The notes below the pieces were generated by a model, which worked only from the letters and a program-made list of their open reading frames with translations, did not search any database and was not told the DNA's origin. Made by a program: the position numbers and the translations under genes. Below, in pieces: positions 50,747-61,503 of a stretch of 64,000 nucleotides of DNA; the first letter of the stretch is position 1; every line of letters begins with the position of its first letter. The stretch spans positions 58,646 through 122,645 of the forward strand of contig CAVUOQ010000004.1 in NCBI GenBank assembly GCA_963743175.1. Reading direction: 5' to 3'. This stretch comes from an uncultured delta proteobacterium. GTDB lineage: Bacteria > Desulfobacterota > Syntrophia > Syntrophales > Fen-1087.

Positions 50747-51889
50747 TCAGATTGTTTCCAGCGCCGCCCGGATCTCCTTATTGGCCTGGGCACTGCTCTC
50801 CCGCGGCAGGCTCGCCTCCAAGGCTTGCCTCGCCCTGGCACCGCCCAACTGTCCGAGCGCCCACGCGGCGTGCGCCCGCACCAGTTCCTCCGGGTCCTCC
50901 ATGGCCTGCGCGAGGTGCGGCGCCATCGCCTGGTCGCCGCTATTGCCGAGCGCTACCGCGGCGTTTCGCTGGAAGTACTTGCGATCCTGCATGTATGTGT
51001 GCAGGAGCGGCGCGACGGCCTTCGTCTCAAACTCCTGTCCCATTCTCAGAAGGCTTGTCAGGCTGAAATGCTTGGCCGTTTCCTCCAGGAAGGCGCTCGC
51101 GGGCAGCTCCGCCTTGAGTTTCGCCTGGTTGTGCGGGCAGGCCTCCTGGCACACGTCGCAGCCGTGGATCCAACTCGCCATCTTCGGCCGCAGCTCAGGA
51201 TCGATATACGGCGAGGTGTTCCGGAAGCCATGGACGTTGACGACGTGGTTGAATGTGATGCACCGGCGCGGATTCAGGCGAAAGTCGGCGACGATCGCCC
51301 CCGTCGGGCAGGCTTCGATGCAGAGCCGGCAGGCGGGCGGGCAGTGCATCCATTTTGCGGGTGTGTCGTACTCCAGTTCGGCGTCCACGATGAACGTGTG
51401 GATGATCACGAAGGTGCCGATGCCCGGGGAGCAGATGAAGGTGTTCCGACCGAACTCGCCGACCCCGGCACGGACGGCAGCGAGGCGGTCCGGGACCCCG
51501 GAGGAGATCAAAAACCAGCGCCCGACCTGCATCCCCTTCTTTTCCAGGAACTGCCGCATGAGCTGCACCCGCGCGCCCCCAAGGCGCGTCGGCGGCTCGA
51601 TATAGGAGCGCGATTGGTAGAGGCGTCCGATCTTGCCCACCAGATTCTCCGGGAAGCGCTCCCGGACGTAGTCGTACACGGCGACAACGATGGACCTTGC
51701 GCCCGGCAGGCGGTCCTGCGGATTGGCCGCGCGCTCGAGGCGAAGGCCCGACTCGATCGCCCAGTCGTAGTCCTGTGAGCGTTCCTCCAGCGCCTGGGCA
51801 TACAGGGGGAACGGATCCGCCGTCGTGATCCCCACGCGGCTGTAGCCGAGATCGAGGGCGTAGCTCTTGATCTCCTCCGTCAATGACAT
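50747..51889 (-). CDS. QueG-like 4Fe-4S reductase with C-terminal HEAT repeats
   Basis: CPPACRLCIEACPTGA, RRCIT, GCDVCQEACP, RNAAVALGN, VRAHAAWALG. Confidence 0.8.
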   Translation of the reverse strand: MSLTEEIKSYALDLGYSRVGITTADPFPLYAQALEERSQDYDWAIESGLRLERAANPQDRLPGARSIVVAVYDYVRERFPENLVGKIGRLYQSRSYIEPPTRLGGARVQLMRQFLEKKGMQVGRWFLISSGVPDRLAAVRAGVGEFGRNTFICSPGIGTFVIIHTFIVDAELEYDTPAKWMHCPPACRLCIEACPTGAIVADFRLNPRRCITFNHVVNVHGFRNTSPYIDPELRPKMASWIHGCDVCQEACPHNQAKLKAELPASAFLEETAKHFSLTSLLRMGQEFETKAVAPLLHTYMQDRKYFQRNAAVALGNSGDQAMAPHLAQAMEDPEELVRAHAAWALGQLGGARARQALEASLPRESSAQANKEIRAALETI

Positions 51890-51938
51890 GAGACGCCTCC
51901 GGCTGTTAAAAGGCAACGACGGTCATGATCGTAAATCT

Positions 51939-52370
51939 TCATCGCTGACGGTCTTCTGCCTTGCATTCCATAACGATGCGGCCCCAGCCGCCACATTTCA
52001 CGCCCACATCGAAACAGCCCGTTCTTTTGAAGCGCATCTCGTTCGGATCGATACCGGCCATGAGGAGCTCGCCTGCAGCGAAGATGAGACCGGATGCGGC
52101 AGTTAGGGCATAGATACAAATCCTGTCCGGAGACCGTTTGGTGAGGAGGTTGCCCGCCCCGTCGAAGCAGAGTTTATCGCCCTTTTTATGCTGGCTGTTG
52201 CAGCCGTGAGAATCCACCACTTCGAAGACGATCGTTTTGTTCGCGAACAGGGGAGCTTTCGCGAGAACATCCAGATTCCTCGGATTTTCCATGAATACCT
52301 TCATTTCCTCATCGGTATAATCAAAATGCTTCTGGATCGCTTTCCACGCAGCTTCATCAACTTTCATCAT
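51939..52370 (-). CDS. Conserved hypothetical protein (TIGR04076-like Cys pattern)
   Basis: EVVDSHGCNSQHKKGD, ICIYAL, GCFDVG; strong RBS. Confidence 0.6.
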   Translation of the reverse strand: MMKVDEAAWKAIQKHFDYTDEEMKVFMENPRNLDVLAKAPLFANKTIVFEVVDSHGCNSQHKKGDKLCFDGAGNLLTKRSPDRICIYALTAASGLIFAAGELLMAGIDPNEMRFKRTGCFDVGVKCGGWGRIVMECKAEDRQR

Positions 52371-52387
52371 AGACCTCCTTTTCATTA

Positions 52388-53251
52388 TTACCCAAGAAGC
52401 TGGAATGTTCCTGAGTCAATCACACGTTTCATATATTTCACAAATACCCCTGGAGCGGCGTAGTCGGGATGATTGCGAATCAGCATGGCCGCGCGCGTCA
52501 TTTGATTCAGTTCCTTCAGGAGATCCTCTCCATTGCTGTCCCGCCGGGGATGACGGGGATGGGTGGCAAAAAGCATGCTCTCCGGGTCGATGTGCCTTTT
52601 CTTCACATGAAGCGCTGCCAGTTTCTTGCAGTGACAGGGGTTGTTCGGATCGACGAGGCCGCATTTCTGGACCAGAAAATCTGTGAGTTGTTTTTTTCCA
52701 CGGTAAAGCCGCTGGCGATAAGCCGCCGGCGTGAGGCCCAGGATCCTGGCGCCCTCCGCACTTTTTACACCGAAGATCTCTCCCAGAATAACAGCCAGGC
52801 GGACCTCCCGCTTCAGACAGAGCAGCAGATAGTGAACGCAGGCGAGTTTTGTCTCTTCCACAATGAGGTTCTGCTCAGCCTCAATGAAGTCATCATCTCC
52901 CTTGTCCAGGATCCCATCCTCGATCATGTGCACGCACTTGTCGAAGGTCATTTGCCAGCGCTCGGCCCTGCATTTACGTGTGGTCAGCAGGTGGTTGGAG
53001 GCGATGCTGTAGACCCAGGTCTCGAAGCGGCTCTCCCCTTTGAACGTGCCGAGGTTGATGATGACCTTTACAAGAATCTCCTGAGTGGCGTCTTCCGCAT
53101 CGGCGGGGATATAGAGCATCCGGATCGCCAGCCCGTAAATTTTATCCTGAATCCTCTTGATGATCTCTTCGAGCACATCCTTGTCGCCGGTTTTGGCCCG
53201 TTCAACGAGATGCTCAAGGGGTGTTGCTACGGCATTTGCAATCTTTGACAT
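52388..53251 (-). CDS. ECF sigma factor with Cys-containing C-terminal extension
   Basis: DAEDATQEIL, SRFETWVYSIA, region 4 HTH, then CGLVDPNNPCHC. Confidence 0.9.
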   Translation of the reverse strand: MSKIANAVATPLEHLVERAKTGDKDVLEEIIKRIQDKIYGLAIRMLYIPADAEDATQEILVKVIINLGTFKGESRFETWVYSIASNHLLTTRKCRAERWQMTFDKCVHMIEDGILDKGDDDFIEAEQNLIVEETKLACVHYLLLCLKREVRLAVILGEIFGVKSAEGARILGLTPAAYRQRLYRGKKQLTDFLVQKCGLVDPNNPCHCKKLAALHVKKRHIDPESMLFATHPRHPRRDSNGEDLLKELNQMTRAAMLIRNHPDYAAPGVFVKYMKRVIDSGTFQLLG

Positions 53252-53270
53252 CTGTTTCACCTTTTTTTGT

Positions 53271-53299
53271 TAGACTATTTTGGATGCCGTTTTGTGACA
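53271..53299 (-). promoter_or_regulatory. Putative ECF autoregulatory promoter
   Basis: Minus strand TGTCACA-N17-GTCTA just upstream of the ECF gene. Confidence 0.6.
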
Positions 53300-53388
53300 T
53301 AAAAAATAGCGGGGCACTACGGAGGGGCTGCCTGTTTCTGTGGGCTCTTGGCATCTATTTGATAAGACTATCCGGGTAAAAATCAGAC

Positions 53389-53763
53389 TTAAATCACCAG
53401 CATATAAATGGTCACCGCCAGTTGAACGACGGATACGACCAGTATCGCTGCAAGGATGTATTTTGAAACGGGTTGATTAAATTCCATTCGTCCTTTTCTG
53501 AGAAAATACGTATGGATAGAAAAAGCGAACAGGCCGCCGAAACACAGGACCAATGAAAAAATGAGGCCCACCGGGGACTGGTTGGAAACGAGCTTCAATC
53601 CGTAAAGAATAAAAAACAGCAGCGGAAAGTGGAGCAGCAAAAATCCGGCAATGCCGCCTGGAAGTTTAAATAATTCCCATTCTTTCCAGTATGCCGAGTC
53701 GATTTCATGGTTTATCAATAATACGGCATTGACCAAATACAGCCACAACAGCAAGTCAGCCAT
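53389..53763 (-). CDS. Membrane protein (DUF6713-like)
   Basis: LLINHEIDSAYWKEWELFKLPGG, four TM helices. Confidence 0.7.
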   Translation of the reverse strand: MADLLLWLYLVNAVLLINHEIDSAYWKEWELFKLPGGIAGFLLLHFPLLFFILYGLKLVSNQSPVGLIFSLVLCFGGLFAFSIHTYFLRKGRMEFNQPVSKYILAAILVVSVVQLAVTIYMLVI

Positions 53764-53773
53764 CCTCGATACC

Positions 53774-54229
53774 TCATGACGCCTCATCCGGATTCATCTG
53801 CTTGGGCTGCTTGGACTGCATCGCCCTGAAGATTCCCGCCAAGCCGATGATCAGAAAGATCCCGCCCGTGATCAGGCCCGTAATTTCCGTCTCGATATTC
53901 TGGGACGCGATATAATTCAGCACGGCCTTTCCGATACGGACGAGGCCAAATATCAGAAAGAAGGCGGGAACCACAAACCCGAGCAGGCGTTTGGCGTCGA
54001 CGTTGACCTGGGGCATGTTCCGCAGATCCGGCGCTTTTCCGGGCGCGGGTCTTTCCGGCTTTGGCCGGCCTGGCGCAGACCTGGGCAGCGGTACGTCCGG
54101 ATTGGCGCTGCGAAACACAGTTTCTTCCTGGCCGGCGAGCGCCCAGATGATTCTGTCCCGCTCCCGGGGATCTCTGACCTTCTTGAGCTTATTAATGAGC
54201 TCCTGGCGATCCTTTTCCGTAAACCGCAT
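53774..54229 (-). CDS. Hypothetical protein with two C-terminal TM helices
   Basis: RBS AGGAGG, charged N-terminus, Pro-rich linker, two hydrophobic segments. Confidence 0.6.
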   Translation of the reverse strand: MRFTEKDRQELINKLKKVRDPRERDRIIWALAGQEETVFRSANPDVPLPRSAPGRPKPERPAPGKAPDLRNMPQVNVDAKRLLGFVVPAFFLIFGLVRIGKAVLNYIASQNIETEITGLITGGIFLIIGLAGIFRAMQSKQPKQMNPDEAS

Positions 54230-54302
54230 GGATGAACCTCCTGACGATGGCGTCCAGTATAATGAAGCAAAAAATATTTGTCAAAACAAACTAAAATGCC
54301 GA

Positions 54303-55007
54303 TCAGTCCACGGCGTTCTGAAAGGCCGGATGGACGCTCCAGTTTCCCCTCAATGTCTCCTGCTTCAGGGCTTTCTTCATCTGAACCATAAATTCGCTGC
54401 GCGGGATGTGGCGCCCACCGAGGCTCTCCAGATGGGCCGTATAGACCTGGCAGTCAATCATTGAAAAATAAAGAGTTTTCAACCGGCGGACCAGATCGAC
54501 CAGAGCCGCCTTGGAGGCGTTGCTGACGGTGGAAAACATGGATTCGCCGAAAAAGCAGCGCCCCAACGAAACGCCGTACAGACCTCCGACCAGAACATCT
54601 TCTTGCCATGCCTCCACCGAATGGGCAAATCCCAACTCGTGGAGGCGGATATAGGCATCCTGCATTTCCGGGGTGATCCAGGTGGCTTTCTGCTGCGGCC
54701 GGGGCTTCTGGCAGGCGGCGATGACGGCGGGAAAGTTCCGGTCATAGGTAATCCTCATTGTGTCCTTTTTCAGAAATTGCCTCATGCTCCGGGTGATTTC
54801 GAGTTCTTCCGGAAAAAGAACGAATCGGGGATCGGGGGCCCACCAGAGAATCGGCTCCGCCTCCGAATACCAAGGGAAAATGCCCTGCCGGTAGGCCTCC
54901 AGCAGCCGCCGGGGCGACAGGTCGCCGCCCACGGCCAGCAGGCCGCTCTTCGATGCCCAATGGACCGGCGGAAAAACAGAATCTTGCGTCAATTGAAAAA
55001 CCGGCAT
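54303..55007 (-). CDS. aat: Leucyl/phenylalanyl-tRNA-protein transferase
   Basis: [44 protein letters not shown]. Confidence 0.95.
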   Translation of the reverse strand: MPVFQLTQDSVFPPVHWASKSGLLAVGGDLSPRRLLEAYRQGIFPWYSEAEPILWWAPDPRFVLFPEELEITRSMRQFLKKDTMRITYDRNFPAVIAACQKPRPQQKATWITPEMQDAYIRLHELGFAHSVEAWQEDVLVGGLYGVSLGRCFFGESMFSTVSNASKAALVDLVRRLKTLYFSMIDCQVYTAHLESLGGRHIPRSEFMVQMKKALKQETLRGNWSVHPAFQNAVD

Positions 55008-55206
55008 GGTCGGTGTCTTTTTCGCAATCAGGATTTTTTCGATGCCTTGTTTTAAAATTTTCCGGGCTATCCGGATCGGCCAGGATGCCCGAAGCAGTCC
55101 CATGATAGAGGACGCTCGCGTGCGAGTCAATTCTTTAATTATTCTTGAAAATGGCCCGATAAAATGTTTATCATCAGAAAATTTTAGATAAAAAAAGGGA
55201 GGCGCG

Positions 55207-55872
55207 ATGAAATTTGTAAAAGACATCTATGTTTATGAATGGACGGACTGTTATGACAACAACTGCAACAGCTTCTACATCGGGGGCGGCGTGCAGGCCC
55301 TGATCGATCCCGGCCTGACACGCTATGTCCCGTCGCTTTTGGAGAGCATGAAACTCGACGGGATTCAGGAGACCGACATCCGGTATGTCATCAACACCCA
55401 TTCCCACCCGGATCACTTTGAAGGCTCGGCGTATTTCGCACCCGATAAGGTGAAAATCGCCATGCATGACGATGAAATCGCGTTTCTCAACGGGGAGGGC
55501 GGCGGCCTGTACGGCCTGTTCGGGATGAGTGCGCCCGCAGTCGATATCAACATGAGCCTGAAGGAGGGCAACCTCGTGCTGGGGGATGAATCCTTTGAAA
55601 TCATTCATATCCCGGGTCATTCGCCGGGTTCCGTCGGCCTGTACTGGCCGGCCCGGAAAGCGCTGTTCTGCGGCGATGTGATCTTCGATCAAAGCGTGGG
55701 ACGGACGGATTTCCCCGGCGGCAGCGGCGCCCAGCTCAAGGAGAGCATCCGGAATCTTGCCAAACTCGACATTGAATGCCTTTTTCCGGGCCACATGGGA
55801 ATGGTGGAAGGGGCGGAAAACGTCCAGAGAAACTTCAAGGTCGTGATCCAGCAGATCTTTCCGTATATTTAG
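55207..55872 (+). CDS. Metallo-beta-lactamase-fold hydrolase
   Basis: [30 protein letters not shown]. Confidence 0.92.
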   Translation: MKFVKDIYVYEWTDCYDNNCNSFYIGGGVQALIDPGLTRYVPSLLESMKLDGIQETDIRYVINTHSHPDHFEGSAYFAPDKVKIAMHDDEIAFLNGEGGGLYGLFGMSAPAVDINMSLKEGNLVLGDESFEIIHIPGHSPGSVGLYWPARKALFCGDVIFDQSVGRTDFPGGSGAQLKESIRNLAKLDIECLFPGHMGMVEGAENVQRNFKVVIQQIFPYI

Positions 55873-55911
55873 CAGCTTTGTAATCAAGTCCGGATACTGC
55901 GTCGCGCTGTG

Positions 55912-56373
55912 TCATTCCAGGCTCGGGATAGGAATGAAATCGTCTTTCCTTAAAATCATGTAGGTTGCCAGCCCCTTGGCGATCAGCGTCCCGTCGCCGT
56001 TTCTGACCTCCACATCACCCAGGGCGGTCTTGGTGCCCTTGTGGACGATCCGCGCCTCGGCCATAATGTCTCCCCCGTCGAAGGGCTTGAGAAAATTGAT
56101 CTTCATCTCCACTGTGGTGAAGGTCTCGTCCCTGTCCACGAGGCCGATCAGGGCCATCGCAACAGCCGAATCGGCGGCGGAAAAAATGGCCCCGCCGTGG
56201 GCAATCCCCAGCGGATGGACGAGTTTCCTGGCAAAGGGCAGCCTCACCTTCGCCCAGCCTTTTTTCACATCGGCCAGCTCCAGACCAAGCAGCTCCCAAA
56301 AGGGCGATTCCTGCTGCATTTTGGTCAGCAGGGACTCCCTGAATTTCGGCGCAAGGTCTTCATAATGGGTCAT
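55912..56373 (-). CDS. PaaI family thioesterase
   Basis: HPLGIAHGGAIFSAADS, TVEMKINFLKP. Confidence 0.9.
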   Translation of the reverse strand: MTHYEDLAPKFRESLLTKMQQESPFWELLGLELADVKKGWAKVRLPFARKLVHPLGIAHGGAIFSAADSAVAMALIGLVDRDETFTTVEMKINFLKPFDGGDIMAEARIVHKGTKTALGDVEVRNGDGTLIAKGLATYMILRKDDFIPIPSLE

Positions 56374-56392
56374 CCATCCATCTCCTGTTGTC

Positions 56393-58045
56393 TCAATCGC
56401 CGGTCATGTTCTCGATCACGTCATTGCCGGTTTCCCGGTAGGGCAGGGACTCACGGATCGGCGCGGGGATGCGACCGTATTTGCCCTCAAAGGCTTCGAG
56501 GTACTGCCTGCGTCCGCTCAGAAAATCCGCCACTCTTTTCTTCATGAGATTCCGGTCCGTAAATAACCGGTAGGCACGCATCTGATCGAGGTTCGCCCGG
56601 TCACACTTGATGGGGTAATGATGGCCCAGACAGTCTGTCTCCACACTGAAACGGAGCTGCTTGCGGACGAGGTCGTTGTAAGCCGCCAGGGACTGCCGGA
56701 GCGTCACCTTTTCATCCAGGGGGCCGATGGTCCCCGTATTGGCCAGATAACAGGGAATCTTGTTTCGTCTGACAATATCGTGGAAAATCATGGCGTGTTC
56801 CAGGCGGTCACCCGCCACAAAGGGATCGAGAAAGAACTCTCGCTTGAACTTGCCCGCCTCCTCGGGATTGCCGCCGCTGCTCTCGATGGATTCACCATAG
56901 ATGAACAGCATCGTGGCCTGCTCGGCGGTCAGCCGGCTGATGACGTTCACGAGCGGGTTCCGGGTCAGAATGATGATATGGTGGAGCCGTCCCGCCCGCA
57001 GGCTTTTAGAGGCAATCTCCAGATTGTCGCGCGTCACAACGGCGCGGGCGTTTCCGGTTTTGACGAGATCCTTGAAATCGGGCATGTACGGGTATTTGGT
57101 GATGGCCACATTTTCCAGGAAGGCATCTCTGGATTCGGCTGCGCGCAGGATTTCCGGCTGGCTCTCGTCGAGCCCCTCCGTTTTGACATAGAGCCCGCCG
57201 ATTTCGAAGGCCGCGTAACTGCCGTCAAAGCCGATCGTGCCGCCGTCGTCGCCGATCATTTCGGAGCTTTCACGCGGCAGCTTGGCAAATTTGCGGCACA
57301 GCGTCGTTGTTTTCCCGGTGGCCGTGAGTCCCGAAACGGCCATGACGACTTCCCGCAATTCCGGCCGCTCGGTATTTTCATCATAAATCCAGAGATAATC
57401 CCGCCTGGCGCCTGCGTGCAGGAAGATCCCCGTTTTGTCGATGGCCTTGATCCGCCAGTCCTCGAACTGGAAAACACCCTTCTTCCCCTCGCCAAGATAG
57501 ATCGTGTTGCGGCAGATCTTCACCTGATCGCCGCGACGGTCTCCCATGAAGAGGCGGATCGTGATGTCCTTATCCTTGAGTTTCTTTGTTTTGTTGGCTT
57601 CAAAGTGTTCATCGGTAAAATAAATAATCGTATAGGTGGGATCATCGACAACGCGGGCCTCCGGCCCGTCAAGGAGCAGTTTCAGGCCGTAGGCAACCTG
57701 CGCATAGGTCTCGGGAAGCAGGAAACGGACGGTCACCCCGTCCAGGCCGTCGCCGACAATCGTATCCAGGGAAACGACGCGCTCCTTGCTGAGGACTTCA
57801 ACGGCCTGCCTTGCCAGCCTTTCTTCGGGCTCTCCGAAGGGATGATCGACGCTGTTTCGGGTATGGGGGGCCGAGCGGTTCATCGGTTCGGAGTCGGCCG
57901 CCACGGAGCCGAACTGGGTCTGAATGACTCCGTCCTGCCTCAGAGCAACGCATTTTAACGCTTCCAGAGACAGGCCTTCGATGAGGCGATTGTCCCGCCG
58001 GGCCTCTTCATAGATCCGCTTTGCGGTCGATTTGAAAATACTCAT
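56393..58045 (-). CDS. Divergent phosphoenolpyruvate carboxykinase (ATP)-like protein
   Basis: YLGEGKKG, LHAG, GLTATGKTT P-loop, IGDDG, FE.GG.YVK, LENV, GNAR, NTG. Confidence 0.72.
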   Translation of the reverse strand: MSIFKSTAKRIYEEARRDNRLIEGLSLEALKCVALRQDGVIQTQFGSVAADSEPMNRSAPHTRNSVDHPFGEPEERLARQAVEVLSKERVVSLDTIVGDGLDGVTVRFLLPETYAQVAYGLKLLLDGPEARVVDDPTYTIIYFTDEHFEANKTKKLKDKDITIRLFMGDRRGDQVKICRNTIYLGEGKKGVFQFEDWRIKAIDKTGIFLHAGARRDYLWIYDENTERPELREVVMAVSGLTATGKTTTLCRKFAKLPRESSEMIGDDGGTIGFDGSYAAFEIGGLYVKTEGLDESQPEILRAAESRDAFLENVAITKYPYMPDFKDLVKTGNARAVVTRDNLEIASKSLRAGRLHHIIILTRNPLVNVISRLTAEQATMLFIYGESIESSGGNPEEAGKFKREFFLDPFVAGDRLEHAMIFHDIVRRNKIPCYLANTGTIGPLDEKVTLRQSLAAYNDLVRKQLRFSVETDCLGHHYPIKCDRANLDQMRAYRLFTDRNLMKKRVADFLSGRRQYLEAFEGKYGRIPAPIRESLPYRETGNDVIENMTGD

Positions 58046-58095
58046 GCTTTTTGTCCTCGAAAAACAGTAAATTTATAAATATGGCCGCGCGGGAC

Positions 58096-58719
58096 TTATG
58101 GCAATAAAATCCTGATCAGCGCCAGAATGATCGAGCGGAAAAAGGCAATCAGCGGATTCAGGGCCCCCAAAAAAAGCAGGCCGATGATGATAAAGAATCC
58201 ATAGGGTTCAACCTGGGAAAAGGAATATCGCAGTCTCTCCGGCAGAAACCCCATCAGGATTTTCGACCCGTCCAGGGGCGGGATCGGGATCAGATTGAAG
58301 GCGGCCAGGATGATGTTGATCTGGGCCAGATAGCTGAGCAGCGTTGCCATCACCTCTCCCGGAGCAGGCGTGAGCAGCCGGTACAGAAAAAAAGCCAGGA
58401 AGGCCAGCAGCATGTTCGTAATGATGCCCGCTGATGAAACGAGGATGAGTCCTTTCTTGGTATCCCGGATGTAGTTGAAGTTGACCGGCACCGGCTTGGC
58501 CCAGCCAAAGCCAAAGATAAACAGCATGATCGTCCCGATGGGGTCGAGGTGCCTCAGAGGATTGAGGCTCAGGCGACCCTGCATTTTGGCCGTTGGGTCG
58601 CCCATGCGCCAGGCCACCCATCCATGGGCCAGTTCATGCAGGACAACAGAGTACATCAGCGGAATGGCCAGCAGGATAAACGCCAGCGGATCGTTGATCA
58701 GCAGGTTGAGCAGCCCCAT
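58096..58719 (-). CDS. Site-2 protease (M50) family
   Basis: [24 protein letters not shown]. Confidence 0.93.
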   Translation of the reverse strand: MGLLNLLINDPLAFILLAIPLMYSVVLHELAHGWVAWRMGDPTAKMQGRLSLNPLRHLDPIGTIMLFIFGFGWAKPVPVNFNYIRDTKKGLILVSSAGIITNMLLAFLAFFLYRLLTPAPGEVMATLLSYLAQINIILAAFNLIPIPPLDGSKILMGFLPERLRYSFSQVEPYGFFIIIGLLFLGALNPLIAFFRSIILALIRILLP

Positions 58720-58782
58720 ATAGATACTCTTTCCCTCTTCTTGGTTTTATAAATGGCAGTTTCGCAGAGCCCTGCGCTTCTG

Positions 58783-59229
58783 TCAATTTTCTTCAACGGT
58801 TGCGAAGCTGGCCTCCGCGACCCCTTCCAGCAGTTGCAGCGACTTGATCCGGACGGTGAAAAACTCGGCGTCGGGATCCTCAGCCAGGACATCCAGGTGC
58901 GGATGCCGTTCCAGGAGCAGGGCCCTGATCATGTTCCGTTTTTTCTGATCTTTCACTTCCTCAAACAGGCCATTGACCGTCAGGGCCCTGACCTGATGCC
59001 GCTTTTCTCCGCGATCCTCCTCGCGCGTGTCAATGAGGAGACTAACCGCGGGGTTGTCCGTCAGATTCCGGTATTTTTTTGTTTTCCTGAACGTGACCAT
59101 GTACATCTCGCGGCAATCCGCATCCGTAGCATAAGACATGAGCGAACAGTGGGGCTGATCGCCCGAAACCGTCGCCAGGACACAGACATTCTGGGATCTG
59201 ACCAGATCTTTCATCTTTTCCAGCATCAT
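58783..59229 (-). CDS. Pyridoxamine 5'-phosphate oxidase family protein
   Basis: CVLATV..QPHCSLM, KYRNLTDNPAVSLLID. Confidence 0.85.
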   Translation of the reverse strand: MMLEKMKDLVRSQNVCVLATVSGDQPHCSLMSYATDADCREMYMVTFRKTKKYRNLTDNPAVSLLIDTREEDRGEKRHQVRALTVNGLFEEVKDQKKRNMIRALLLERHPHLDVLAEDPDAEFFTVRIKSLQLLEGVAEASFATVEEN

Positions 59230-59366
59230 TCCGTCTCCTTGGAAGCCTCCGCTCCTCTCGTGGGATAGGACCGGGGTAATGGAAATCTATCTGTATCATA
59301 CACCATAATCGCACATTTTGGCAATATAGTTTGAACTTTTCCGGCGGCCCGTGTAAACATCTCCCC

Positions 59367-60444
59367 ATGAAAAAAACGGACATCCTGATCAAGAAAGCGC
59401 TGCTCGCCTGGTACGGCCGGCACCGGCGCTATCCTGCCCTGGCGAGAGCATCCCGATCCCTACCGGGTCTGGATCTCGGAAATCATGCTGCAGCAAACGC
59501 AGGTGGATACGGCCATCCCCTATTACCACCGCTTTCTGAAACGGTTTCCCGACGTGGCTGCACTGGCCGCGGCGCCGCTGGACGACGTGCTTAAGACCTG
59601 GGAAAATCTTGGCTATTATGCCCGGGCGCGGCATCTGCACCAGACCGCACGGATTTTGGTGGAAAAATTCAACGGAAAGCTTCCGGATACCTGGGAGGCG
59701 ATCATCACGCTGCCCGGCATCGGCAACTACACGGCCGGCGCCATCTTGAGCATCGCCTTCGGAAAGCCCGTGCCCGCTGTGGACGGCAATGTACGCCGCG
59801 TCCTGAGCCGGCTCTACGCCGTCCGTGAACCTGTGGACCGGCGGGAAACGCAAAAAAGGCTCCATGCCCTGGCCGCGTCCCTGATCCCGGAAACTGCACC
59901 GGGATCGTTCAATCAGGCCGTGATGGATCTGGGCGCCATGATCTGCACCCCGAAATCGCCCGCTTGTGCGGACTGCCCCCTGCGGATACCATGCAAGGCC
60001 CGGCGGGACGGCCTGCAGGATCTGCTTCCGATGTCTGAAAAGAAACCGGCAACGCCACATGAGCGCGTCACCGCCGCCGTTCTTCTCAACCGGCAGGGGC
60101 AGGTGCTGATTGTCCGACGACCCGCCCGGGGGCTGCTGGGGTCGCTCTGGAAATTCCCCGGCGGCATCGTGAGAAAAAAAGAACTGCTCGAAGAGGGACT
60201 CACGCGCACGGTTCGGGAAGAGTTGGGCATCCGGATCCGGGTCGGAAAGCCGCTTGCTTCCGTCAATCATGCCTACACGCATTTCCGGATCACCCTCACC
60301 GCCTTCCGCTGTTTCCGCCACTCCGGACGGCCCCGCGCGCTCGCCTGTCAGGAGTGGCGTTGGGCATCGCAGGATGATCTGGAAAAGCTGACGTTCTCCA
60401 AAGCCGATCGCACCGTGATCTCGATGATTAAATTGTTTTCCTGA
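59367..60444 (+). CDS. mutY: A/G-specific adenine glycosylase (apparent frameshift near 59430)
   Basis: LPWR..DPYRVWISEIMLQQT, LGYYARAR, HhH-GPD, C-X6-C-X2-C-X5-C, NUDIX-like C-terminus. Confidence 0.93.
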
Positions 60445-60472
60445 AGTAAGGTGGAGGAATGGCAATGCTGTA

Positions 60473-60802
60473 TCAAGAGAAAAGGATCGTAATCGCTCCG
60501 GACAGGTGGTCATTCTTGTCATCGATGCGGAAGTTATAAGGATTGTCCGCCCGCAGGTTCCGCAATCCTTCTCTGTTCGCCGATGCCTTTTTGACCTGAA
60601 GGAACTTTTCCACGTCTATTTTAAACTTCCTGAAAATGTCAAAAAGGGTATCGCTCCTTTTGACGACTCCATTGATATCACTGATTTTTTCCGTCAGGGG
60701 CAGAACCGCGGCTGTTTTCAGCCCGGCAGGGGCATGCAGATAGCTTCCTACCAGCATCATGGATACCAGCGAGATCACAACGGCAACATATAACAGACGC
60801 AT
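60473..60802 (-). pseudogene. Probable N-terminal remnant of a membrane-anchored M23/LysM-type protein
   Basis: TM segment then GVVKRSDTLFDIF..LRADNPYNF; ends without any catalytic domain. Confidence 0.4.
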
Positions 60803-61014
60803 GAAAAATCCTTTCTGCAAAGTCCACAAGGTGTTTCATTTTGCAAGGGTTGACTATAGGAAAGAACCTTTTGTATGTCAACCTTATTATTTTATTTCAC
60901 GCCGGGTCAACATTCACGCCACCGTCTTCCAAAGCACTGAATGCTTTTCTTTTTCACCAAATTCGGCTATATTTCCGCCATCGAGAGATCGTTATCCTAA
61001 AAAAGGAGTCTGAT

Positions 61015-61503
61015 ATGTCCCGGGAAAAAATTCCTGTCACGACGGCCCTGCTGGCTCTGAAAAAACATCAGGTAACCTTCATCCTCCGACCCTATAAATA
61101 TGAAGAGCGCGGCGGGACCCGGGTGTCAGCGCGGGAACTGGGCGTTGACGAACATGAAGTCATCAAGACGCTGGTCATGGAAGACGAGCACAAGTCGCCG
61201 CTCATCATCCTGATGCACGGCGACAGGGAAGTCTCCACCAAGACCCTGGCCCGCATTCTCGGGGTAAAGGCTGTAAATCCCTGTGATCCCAGTACCGCAG
61301 AGAAGCATACCGGTTTCAAGGTCGGGGGAACATCGCCTTTTGGTACAAAAAAGACTTTGCCCCTCTACATGGAAGAAACCATTGCCGATCTGCCCCGCAT
61401 CCTGATCAATGCGGGCGCCCGTGGGCTCCTGGCGGAGATGTCGCCGTCCGAACTGATCCGGGTTCTGCAGCCGACTCCCGTGAAATGCGGGATGGCTTCG
61501 TAA
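61015..61503 (+). CDS. ybaK: Cys-tRNA(Pro) deacylase
   Basis: VIKTLV, HTGFKVGGTSPFG, INAGARG. Confidence 0.9.
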   Translation: MSREKIPVTTALLALKKHQVTFILRPYKYEERGGTRVSARELGVDEHEVIKTLVMEDEHKSPLIILMHGDREVSTKTLARILGVKAVNPCDPSTAEKHTGFKVGGTSPFGTKKTLPLYMEETIADLPRILINAGARGLLAEMSPSELIRVLQPTPVKCGMAS

